From contig OY782041.1 in the NCBI GenBank assembly GCA_963677595.1, positions 928,001 through 992,000 of the forward strand: 64,000 bases of DNA, in the 5' to 3' direction. Origin of the DNA: Spirochaetia bacterium (lineage in GTDB: Bacteria > Spirochaetota > Spirochaetia > CAKZLE01). Below the pieces are notes generated by a model. The model saw only the letters and a list, made by a program, of their open reading frames with translations, made no database searches and was not told the origin of the DNA. Made by a program: the position numbers and the translations under genes. Positions 19,467 to 27,625 of this stretch are shown here, in pieces (within the stretch, counting starts at the first letter, position 1; each line of letters opens with the position of its first letter).

Positions 19467-20288
19467 CTATGCCTTTACACTGCCTGCTGTAAGTCCCTGC
19501 AGGAAGTATTTCTGCAAGAACAGGAATATAAGGATAAGTGGTGCACTGGCTAAGAAAGTCAATGACATAAGTGCGTTCCATTCTGTTGAATACTCTCCGA
19601 TAAGCATTCCTATCCCTATAGTCAATGGGCGAACATTAATGGTATTGGTCAGAATTACGGCGAAGAGATATTCATTCCAGGAGAGTATGAAGGTATATAT
19701 TCCAGTAGCTATCATCCCGGGTATACTTGGCGGTAGAATAATATAGAAGAAAGTCCTCATTATTCCACAGCCATCAATGATTGCTGCTTCATCGAGTTCG
19801 CGGGGTATTGTGGCAATGAAGTCCCTCATCATCATTATAGAAAACGGCAGGGAAAACGATGTATACGCCAGGATCAGAGCTATATACGTGTTATATATCC
19901 CGATTTTGACAGAAAACAGGAAGTATGGAATACTTAATAACACCATGGGGAACATTTGCGTTATCAGGATGTATAACAATGCTATATTTCGGCCGCGAAA
20001 CGAAAATCTGGAAAAGGCATATCCAGACATCGCTGAAAATATGATACAGATCAATGTTACCGAAAAGGAGATTATATAGCTGTTCACAAACAATCTCAAT
20101 AAATCCCTGTTTGCGAAGACCGTGCGGAAAGATTCCAGGCTCGGATGTTTTGGTATTACCTGTAAAGGGGTGATAAACACTTCAGCATTAGGACGGAAAG
20201 CTATACTAATCATCCAAAAGATTGGAACCAATACGGCAAATGATAAGATTAAAATAACAATATAAGTAGATTGATTTCTTTTTAACAT
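19467..20288 (-). CDS. Carbohydrate ABC permease (MalG-like)
   Basis: EAAIIDGC; GLTAGSVKA. Confidence 0.93.
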   Translation of the reverse strand: MLKRNQSTYIVILILSFAVLVPIFWMISIAFRPNAEVFITPLQVIPKHPSLESFRTVFANRDLLRLFVNSYIISFSVTLICIIFSAMSGYAFSRFSFRGRNIALLYILITQMFPMVLLSIPYFLFSVKIGIYNTYIALILAYTSFSLPFSIMMMRDFIATIPRELDEAAIIDGCGIMRTFFYIILPPSIPGMIATGIYTFILSWNEYLFAVILTNTINVRPLTIGIGMLIGEYSTEWNALMSLTFLASAPLILIFLFLQKYFLQGLTAGSVKA

Positions 20289-20294
20289 TTTAAC

Positions 20295-21230
20295 CTACCT
20301 CTTTAATTTTCCAAAACTTATTTTCAGATAAGGAATAGCTATGAGAATCATAACTGTCAACATAATGATCGATGATGCCGATGCATAGCCGAAATCAATC
20401 CTTCGGAAAGCCTGGTTGTATATAAACGTTGACAGGATCTCCGAGGAGTTCATCGGTCCCCCCCCCGTCATAAGGAAGACTAGATCGAATGCCCTGAAGT
20501 TCCATATTATCTCCAACATCGTTACCGTGAATATGATTTCCCTTATCTGGGGTATGGTGATATTCACCAGTCTCTGGAATCCGCTAGCCCCGTCAATCAT
20601 GGCAGCTTCATACAACTCTTCAGGTACTGTTTGTAGTCCTGCAAGGAGCATCAGCATCATGAAGGGGAACCCACGCCAGATGTTAGCCACAATTATTGAG
20701 AACAACGCTGTCCTTTCATCTCCAAGCCAGGGGAAATAGACAAGGCTATGTATACCCAGCATTTCAATTACACCGTTTACCAGTCCAAAAGGTGTGAAGA
20801 TCAGGATCCATAATGCTGCAATAACAGTTGAAGACAGCAGCCATGGGAACATCAGTATAGATCTGAAGAATGAGCGAAATATTGAATTGATCGGCCTATT
20901 CAGTAAGAGAGCTACCCCCAGGGAGAAAACCAATTCAACGCCTACGCTACTGAAACAGAATATTATTGTGTTTTTTGCTGCATTCCAGAAAAGCGGGTCA
21001 GTAAATACATTAATGAAGTTCTGCAGAGATGCGGTAGAAGTATCTGAAGAGATAGAAGTAGATTCAGAGAAGCTGAACTTTATAATCTGATACATTGGAT
21101 ATCCAGTCAACAATAGAATAATCACCATGGCAGGAAGTATCAAAGACAACGTATCAAAAAACTTCACCATCTTTTTTGAGTTCCCTGCCATTAAAGGTTT
21201 GGGTGCTTTCATTAACTCAGATTTCCTCAT
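20295..21230 (-). CDS. Carbohydrate ABC permease (MalF-like)
   Basis: YEAAMIDGAS; TGGGPMNSS. Confidence 0.93.
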   Translation of the reverse strand: MRKSELMKAPKPLMAGNSKKMVKFFDTLSLILPAMVIILLLTGYPMYQIIKFSFSESTSISSDTSTASLQNFINVFTDPLFWNAAKNTIIFCFSSVGVELVFSLGVALLLNRPINSIFRSFFRSILMFPWLLSSTVIAALWILIFTPFGLVNGVIEMLGIHSLVYFPWLGDERTALFSIIVANIWRGFPFMMLMLLAGLQTVPEELYEAAMIDGASGFQRLVNITIPQIREIIFTVTMLEIIWNFRAFDLVFLMTGGGPMNSSEILSTFIYNQAFRRIDFGYASASSIIMLTVMILIAIPYLKISFGKLKR

Positions 21231-21264
21231 AATTTTTCTCCAAATGAAATACTTCTAATTTTAA

Positions 21265-22056
21265 TTATTCATCCAAAGACCAAATATCTGCGTCAGGTTC
21301 TGCAACCCAGTTATATTCAGGCAGAAATATTGGTGCTGTATATGGATTGTCATCAAAATGCCTGATAATCCAAATGATATACATCGCATACCCTGGGGCC
21401 GAAACCTGGGGATGAATCTTCCCATCTAGCAGGATTACAGTATCATTATTCTTTACTTTGACGACATCTTCACCAATCTCTGAATGACCATACCCGTCTT
21501 CAGGGAAGAATTTGTAAAAATAGATTTCAGGCTGTGGGTGGTTATGCGGCGGGAAACTTGACCATCTACCCGGTATTCCGACAACCTCACCAAGCACCAG
21601 TTTGGATTCAGGTTTTGTTGAATAATCAAAAAGAGTCCTTACTTTTCTCTTTGAGGCTCCTTGCATGACACCTTCCCCTCGAATCTCTACCCTGCAATCA
21701 TCTTTACTAATAAATTCTGAAGGTAATATAAATTCATTTACAGTTTGGACATAAGCTATTTCTGTATTGTCACTTTTTGCTATTACTACAACGTCAACAC
21801 CAGCTGATACATGCAAGGATGTTGGATTCTCATCTAGAAAAGATGATCGCTTACCGCCTGCCGTCTGTCCTTCCCATTGGAATTCAACTTCACCGGTAAT
21901 AAGCATAAAAACCCGTTCCAACTTTTCTTCTGATACATACCGTTCTGATGTGTCAAGTTTTATAATCCCAAAATCCATCAATGCCCCATCTATTTCTTTG
22001 GATGACACAATTTTATTATAACCCTTAGTAAAACTCTGATCCTGTTTTATGTGCAC
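21265..22056 (-). CDS. iolB: 5-deoxy-glucuronate isomerase (IolB/KduI family)
   Basis: LVLGEV...GRWSSFPPHNHPQPEIYFYKF, HPQVSAPGY. Confidence 0.85.
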   Translation of the reverse strand: MHIKQDQSFTKGYNKIVSSKEIDGALMDFGIIKLDTSERYVSEEKLERVFMLITGEVEFQWEGQTAGGKRSSFLDENPTSLHVSAGVDVVVIAKSDNTEIAYVQTVNEFILPSEFISKDDCRVEIRGEGVMQGASKRKVRTLFDYSTKPESKLVLGEVVGIPGRWSSFPPHNHPQPEIYFYKFFPEDGYGHSEIGEDVVKVKNNDTVILLDGKIHPQVSAPGYAMYIIWIIRHFDDNPYTAPIFLPEYNWVAEPDADIWSLDE

Positions 22057-22105
22057 TTCATTCTCCCGTATATGATACTATAACACTTATTTTATTCATG
22101 ATAAG

Positions 22106-22167
22106 AAAAAAGAAAGGCATCGGCACGGGAACGGCCTGCACTAGACAATTCCCGTACCATATACCTT
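22106..22167 (-). terminator. Long hairpin + U tract after SBP copy 2
   Basis: Homologous to 14421-14474 with 5 substitutions. Confidence 0.65.
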
Positions 22168-22179
22168 CATACTCGTTAC

Positions 22180-23463
22180 TTAGTCTGCATATTTCGCAAA
22201 TTCCGCATCCCAATAGGCTGCTGCATCATCCAATGCCTGCTGTGCAGTCTTCTTGTCTGTCAGGAAGTTCTGGATCTCAATGGTGAACTGTCGCTTCAGG
22301 TCAACCGCCTGCGGCAGATAGTTGTCGATCACCTGCATATTCTCAGTATTGATCTGCTGGTCGGCAAACACCTTCAGATATGGGTCATTCTGGAAATACG
22401 AATCCTGCATCGTAACTTTGTTATACGGGAAGAATCCGGTTGCCTTATCCCACAATAGCTGGCCTTCTGCACTCCCCATGAACTCCAGGAACTTGAATGC
22501 CGCATCCTTGTTCTTGCTGTCCTTGGTGATACCCAGCACTGATCCAAGCACGATGTTTCCACTTACTTCCCCTACGGGCAGCGGTACGACCCCAAACTTC
22601 AGGTCAGGGTTCGCTTTCTGCTGGATCCCCACACCCCATGGTCCTTCAAACATGAATGCTACGTTCCCCGCACTGAAATTCGCACGTTTCTCTTTCTCCC
22701 CTGCATTCAGCTCGCCGGGAGTCATGACCTTGTAAGTCTTCATCAGGTCTTTCAGGAAAGTGATCGCCTTTACCCCTTCAGGACTGTTGAACGCTGCTTT
22801 CGATCCGTCCAGGATCTTCCCGCCTGCCTGCATGATCAGGGGGAATACTTCATAGTTGATGGTAGTCGGTGGTTCTGAGGCAATATTCCCGGTAAGCGCA
22901 TAGACACCTTCAGACGGGTTGTTCACCTTGATGCAAGCAGCAACCAGCTCGTCCCAGGTGGTCGGAGGTTCTACACCGGCGTCTGCCAGGATCTGTGTAT
23001 TATAATACAGCCCGATATTCCCGTTCGTTACCGGGATCCCGTACAGATGTCCCTTCCAAGGAAGCATCGCAGGTCCGGCCAATGCGTCGGTATAGTCTTT
23101 CGGCAATGCTGAGATATAGTCATCCAATGGCACGATGATCCCTTGGTTAGCAAACTCAGTGACCCATGCGCCTGATACGGTTACGATGTCTGGCGCCATG
23201 CCGGCCATACTCAGGGTCAATACTTTGTCATGCATCTGCACGAACGGGATATTATCGAATATCAGCTCGATATCCGGGTTCTGCGCCTCGAATGCACGCT
23301 TTACCTCATTGATCTTGTCTGGTCCCTGCTCGGTGATCCAATGCAGCAGCCAATGAATCTGTACCTTCTCAGCCGCTGGTTCCGCTTTTTCCTGTTGCGC
23401 CCCGGCGAACAGCAGACCTGTCACCAGCAACAAACATGCAACTATCATGCTTACACGTTTCAT
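22180..23463 (-). CDS. Sugar ABC substrate-binding protein (copy 2)
   Basis: Identical 427-aa protein to 14487-15770. Confidence 0.93.
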   Translation of the reverse strand: MKRVSMIVACLLLVTGLLFAGAQQEKAEPAAEKVQIHWLLHWITEQGPDKINEVKRAFEAQNPDIELIFDNIPFVQMHDKVLTLSMAGMAPDIVTVSGAWVTEFANQGIIVPLDDYISALPKDYTDALAGPAMLPWKGHLYGIPVTNGNIGLYYNTQILADAGVEPPTTWDELVAACIKVNNPSEGVYALTGNIASEPPTTINYEVFPLIMQAGGKILDGSKAAFNSPEGVKAITFLKDLMKTYKVMTPGELNAGEKEKRANFSAGNVAFMFEGPWGVGIQQKANPDLKFGVVPLPVGEVSGNIVLGSVLGITKDSKNKDAAFKFLEFMGSAEGQLLWDKATGFFPYNKVTMQDSYFQNDPYLKVFADQQINTENMQVIDNYLPQAVDLKRQFTIEIQNFLTDKKTAQQALDDAAAYWDAEFAKYAD

Positions 23464-23536
23464 ATAGTCCTCCTATTTTTTAATCTGGTACGACCGTACC
23501 ATTTTCAACCCTTTTTGATGTTATGTACCCTAATAT

Positions 23537-23593
23537 CGTTACCGTTACCGTTACCGTTAACGTTAGACTACAACGGTTTCTCCCTCTTGTCAA
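23537..23593 (-). promoter_or_regulatory. Sigma70 promoter + CGTTAC repeats (copy 2)
   Basis: Same as 15844-15900. Confidence 0.7.
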
Positions 23594-23751
23594 TTTTTTT
23601 TAATACTTTGTTTCTCTACTTGGATATTTCAACCGCTACAAACCTTGAAATTTTAAAAAAAATAATTATAATAGCCTCTAATAAACGTTATTTACCTTTT
23701 TTCATTACCGTCTTTTACCTCAATATTTTTTCCTGATAGAGAGGTATCTTC

Positions 23752-24744
23752 ATGAACAATTATACTCAGTCCGGTTTGGTAAACACAAAGGACATGCTGA
23801 AAAAAGCATATGAAAGGCACTATGCAGTCCCTGCTTACAATTTTAATAATCTTGAACAAGTTCAAGCCATTGTTGAAGCTTGTATAAAAACCAATTCCCC
23901 TGTTATTTTGCAGGCATCTAAATTCACATTCGCATACTCGAGTATCCAGTTCGTAACAAATCTCGTGAGGGGGGCTGTTAGTCATGCAAGGAATCTCGGA
24001 TCCAATATCCCGATCGCTCTACACCTAGACCATGGAGATAGTTTTGATCTATGCAAGATGGTTATTGATCACGGATTTTCTTCTGTTATGATTGACGGTT
24101 CACACCTTTCATTTGAAGAGAATATCGCTTTAACTAAGCAAGTCGTGGATTATGCAGGAAAATATGAAGTCACAGTCGAGGGTGAATTGGGAAAACTGGC
24201 GGGAATTGAAGATAATATCAATTCTGAGGAATCAACCTACACAAAACCTGATGAGGTAGTAAACTTCGTGACTTCAACGGGTGTTGATTCACTGGCTATT
24301 TCAATCGGCACCAGCCATGGAGCCCATAAATTCAAACCTGAACAGTGTTCAATATCTTCAGAAGGCCTGCTAATACCCCCGCCCCTGCGTTTTGATATCC
24401 TTCAGAAAGTCTCGGAAAAATTACCTGGATTCCCTATTGTCCTTCACGGATCTTCAACAGTCCCGAAAGAATTTGTCACTATTTGCAATACATACGGCGG
24501 CTCCTTGGCCAATTCGATTGGTATCCCTGAAGACCAGTTGAGTAAAGCTTCCAAAATGGCCGTCTGTAAGATTAATATTGATTCCGACGGTAAACTGGCC
24601 ATGACTGCACTTGTACGAAAATTCCTGCATGAGAATCCGAGTGTTATAGATCCAAGGGAATTCCTGAAGGCTGGCAGAAAGGAACTCATAGATATGTATA
24701 TCCATAAAAACAGCTGCGTGCTTTTTTCCGCTGGAAATGCCTGA
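23752..24744 (+). CDS. fba: Class II fructose-bisphosphate aldolase family
   Basis: LHLDHG, SVMIDGS, VEGELG, GTSHG, VLHGSS, KINIDSD. Confidence 0.92.
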   Translation: MNNYTQSGLVNTKDMLKKAYERHYAVPAYNFNNLEQVQAIVEACIKTNSPVILQASKFTFAYSSIQFVTNLVRGAVSHARNLGSNIPIALHLDHGDSFDLCKMVIDHGFSSVMIDGSHLSFEENIALTKQVVDYAGKYEVTVEGELGKLAGIEDNINSEESTYTKPDEVVNFVTSTGVDSLAISIGTSHGAHKFKPEQCSISSEGLLIPPPLRFDILQKVSEKLPGFPIVLHGSSTVPKEFVTICNTYGGSLANSIGIPEDQLSKASKMAVCKINIDSDGKLAMTALVRKFLHENPSVIDPREFLKAGRKELIDMYIHKNSCVLFSAGNA

Positions 24745-24776
24745 CTTGGTTCATACCCAGCTCATACAGATGCAAT

Positions 24777-24813
24777 AGACCCAATCAGTTTCTCATTGAA
24801 CTTGATTGGGTCT
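24777..24813. terminator. Hairpin between convergent fba and SDR genes
   Basis: agacccaatca...tgattgggtct 11-bp stem. Confidence 0.6.
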
Positions 24814-24868
24814 GCATAGGACCCATCATTCAACTGACAAATCCATCCTGTTGGAACCTGAACTTTTT

Positions 24869-25666
24869 CTATTTTATTGTTGAGAATCCACCATCAACAA
24901 CAAGGTTGTGCCCTGTAATGTATGCTGATGAATCTGACGCTAAGAATAATGCTGCCCCTTTTATGTCTTTTCCCATTGTCCCCATTCTCCTGGTTATGGT
25001 AGCATGTTCATAATCAGAAACAAAATCTAGAGGAAGGTCACCTTTATCGAATCCTCCTGGCGAAATACAGTTCACACGAATCCCAGAAGGAGCAAAATAT
25101 GCTGCCAGATCTCTCGTCATCCCTATCACACCTGCTTTGGAAGCAGAATAGTCGATCGGCTGTTCCATCTTACCGTTCTTCCGATACATTTCACGGTCCC
25201 TGCCTACAATACCCGCAATTGAACCTAGATTGATAATGTTCCCACTAGCCTGTTCAACCATATAAGAACCGGCACATTGACTACAGAACATGGTCCCAAG
25301 CATATTAACCCTAATCAGATATTCCATATCTTCTGGTGCTCTCTTCAAGAAATCCCCTTCAGAGTTTCCTGATCCCCCGCCGGCATTGTTAACTAGAATA
25401 TCGATCCTATTCATCCATGAGAAAGCGCTTTTCATCATGTTCTGTACTTGCTCATAATCACAGACATCAACTTCGAGAGGCAGCGTATTCACTGAGAATC
25501 TCTCTTTGATTTGATCCGTTGCCTGACATACTTTATCAAAAGATCTGGATGCGATCACTATATTGCACCCGGCTTCTGCCAAACTACAGGCTATATCGTA
25601 TCCCAGCCATGAATGTCCGCCCGTGATAACTGCGACTCTACCTGTAAGGTTAAACATATCCAACAT
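24869..25666 (-). CDS. SDR oxidoreductase (gluconate 5-dehydrogenase-like)
   Basis: TGGHSWLG, NNAG, YSASK, VDGG. Confidence 0.92.
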   Translation of the reverse strand: MLDMFNLTGRVAVITGGHSWLGYDIACSLAEAGCNIVIASRSFDKVCQATDQIKERFSVNTLPLEVDVCDYEQVQNMMKSAFSWMNRIDILVNNAGGGSGNSEGDFLKRAPEDMEYLIRVNMLGTMFCSQCAGSYMVEQASGNIINLGSIAGIVGRDREMYRKNGKMEQPIDYSASKAGVIGMTRDLAAYFAPSGIRVNCISPGGFDKGDLPLDFVSDYEHATITRRMGTMGKDIKGAALFLASDSSAYITGHNLVVDGGFSTIK

Positions 25667-26037
25667 TTTTAATTCTCCTTACCATTTCCGAAGATTTATA
25701 AAAGCCTGAAGTTATTATTCGACAGGAAAGTTTCTTTCCGAATAATAATAATGTATAAAACCAGTCTATTCAAATTTTTAATCTTACTTTTTTCTTCCAT
25801 GAACCACAAGGCTGTATTTGATATTTCAAAATACCTGCTTTTAACAAAAAACTTGACATATTGAATCATCAGGATAAGAATATAACTTTCTGATGGGATT
25901 ACCCTGTATTTATGAATGGCCGGATCCTTCCATGCAGGATAGCAACAACCATACCGGTAACAGGCTGTAGAGTCTTAACCGCTCTCCAGTCTATCCATAT
26001 ATCCTGCATCACAGAACCTGCTGTATCCGTTATACCG

Positions 26038-26252
26038 TCTTTGACAAGGATTCCAAACAGATCTTTGGCGTCCTCAATGACTCAAACCGGGATTGGTACC
26101 GGAAAGATATCAGGTTAGATTACAAGTACTTTGAATCGTCATACAAACGGGCCGACATAGAGATCAATATTGACGGGGTGAAACTCGAAGACACCCCGGA
26201 CCTCTTCATTCGGGAGCTCAAGGCTAATGGGGTGGAGCTGCAGGTACCATGA
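26038..26252 (+). pseudogene. 3' fragment of the shikimate-kinase-like gene (different allele)
   Basis: Encodes the same FDKDSK...ELQVP* tail with 7 synonymous changes. Confidence 0.9.
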
Positions 26253-26537
26253 GAGCTGCATCATAGGCTCATGAAGTGAATCGGTGATGCTTGGTTTTGA
26301 ACGATCTGTGATGCATAGTCTTGCGTTTGGCTTATTTTTGGACTATAGTCTAATTATAGAGGACAAAAATAGGAGTCCATTCCAATAATGAATGCTATCC
26401 GCACTACCTACCGAAGATTATTACAGGGTTATGATTACCCGAAGAAGCGGTATCTCTACCGGGACTTCTCCCTTGAGGAACGCCTTACCGGGATCATCGG
26501 AGCAGGGGGCACCGGGAAGACCACATTACTCATCCAA
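26038..26537 (+). repeat. 500-bp direct repeat, right copy
   Basis: Matches 5749-6248. Confidence 0.95.
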
Positions 26538-27596
26538 TACATCAAGGAGCATTTTGATGATCCTAACTCGTGCATCTATGCCTCCCTGGACCATATCTAC
26601 TTCCAGAGGACAACTGTCCTCGAACTCATAGAATCCCTCTATGAGTTCGAGAGAGTACGTTACTTCTTCTTTGACGAAGTTCACAAGTATCCCTCCTGGG
26701 CACAGGAGCTCAAGAATGCCTATGATTCGTTCCCAGATATCAGGATCGTGTATTCCGGCAGTTCTTCCATCGACCTGGTGAAGGGAGCGTATGACCTGTC
26801 CAGACGGAGTGTGCTCTACCATCTGAAGGGCCTGTCCTTTCGTGAATACCTGCTCTTCCAGGGAATCGCTGATATCGCGCCGGTAACACTCGAAGAGATC
26901 CTTACGGACCGGAGTCGCCTGGAGAAGGATCTCGGTAACGTCGAGGGCTTGTTAGGCTATTTCAAGGACTACCTTCGCTGCGGGTATTATCCGTTCTTCC
27001 TTGAAGGGGAAGGGACCTATCGACAGAAACTCCTACGGGTCATCGACAAGACGATCTACGAGGATATCTCCAACTTCTATAAGCTCAAGACGGAGAACCT
27101 GATCCACCTGAAGCGCATCCTTGCCTTCCTGGCAACCATACCCCCAAGGGAGCTGAACAGGAACAGTATCTCCCGCCACCTGGGAATCGATAACAAGACG
27201 GTAGAGAGCTACCTGCACATCCTGCAGGAGACAGGTCTTGTCCAGCTTGTACGTGAGGACCGGGGAGGCAGTGCCCTCCTGAAGCAGAAGGAGAAGATCT
27301 TTCTCGCCAATTCAGACCTCTATCATACGATCTGCGAAGAAACCGGTTTCGAAGCGTCAGTGGGTACATTGAGAGAAGTATTCTTCATTCGCATGGTAGA
27401 GAACTCAGGCCATCATGCATTCTATGTACGGCAGGGAGATTACCAGGTAGCCAACACGCTCTTTGAGATCGGGGGAAGGAACAAGACCCTGAAACAGGTC
27501 AGCCACGCCCTCCCCCATGCGTTTCTCGTAAAGGATGATATACGCATCGGGGGACGGCATGAGATCCCGCTCCACTACTTCGGGTTCCTGTATTAA
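26388..27596 (+). CDS. AAA_14 ATPase with DUF4143-type C-terminus
   Basis: GAGGTGKTT, FFDEVHKY, SGSSS, GYYP, wHTH, GDY...FEIGG. Confidence 0.9.
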   Translation: MNAIRTTYRRLLQGYDYPKKRYLYRDFSLEERLTGIIGAGGTGKTTLLIQYIKEHFDDPNSCIYASLDHIYFQRTTVLELIESLYEFERVRYFFFDEVHKYPSWAQELKNAYDSFPDIRIVYSGSSSIDLVKGAYDLSRRSVLYHLKGLSFREYLLFQGIADIAPVTLEEILTDRSRLEKDLGNVEGLLGYFKDYLRCGYYPFFLEGEGTYRQKLLRVIDKTIYEDISNFYKLKTENLIHLKRILAFLATIPPRELNRNSISRHLGIDNKTVESYLHILQETGLVQLVREDRGGSALLKQKEKIFLANSDLYHTICEETGFEASVGTLREVFFIRMVENSGHHAFYVRQGDYQVANTLFEIGGRNKTLKQVSHALPHAFLVKDDIRIGGRHEIPLHYFGFLY

Positions 27597-27625
27597 AGAA
27601 AGCTCAAGGCATCAAACAACTATGA

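Larger units (their letters stand above)
22164..23601 (-). repeat. ~1.44-kb direct repeat copy 2
   Basis: Matches 14471-15908. Confidence 0.95.
6249..26037. mobile_element. Integrase-less mosaic sugar-catabolism genomic island
   Basis: Flanked by 500-bp direct repeats, visibly AT-richer than flanks, contains IS remnants and truncated genes. Confidence 0.75.

Noticed and set aside
25912-26118. 68-aa ORF spanning the right island junction
   Set aside because: Crosses the repeat boundary out of frame with the kinase fragment; no RBS or motif
5749-26537. Repeats as DGR template/variable regions or as prophage att sites
   Set aside because: Mismatches are not adenine-specific, and there is no reverse transcriptase, integrase or phage gene
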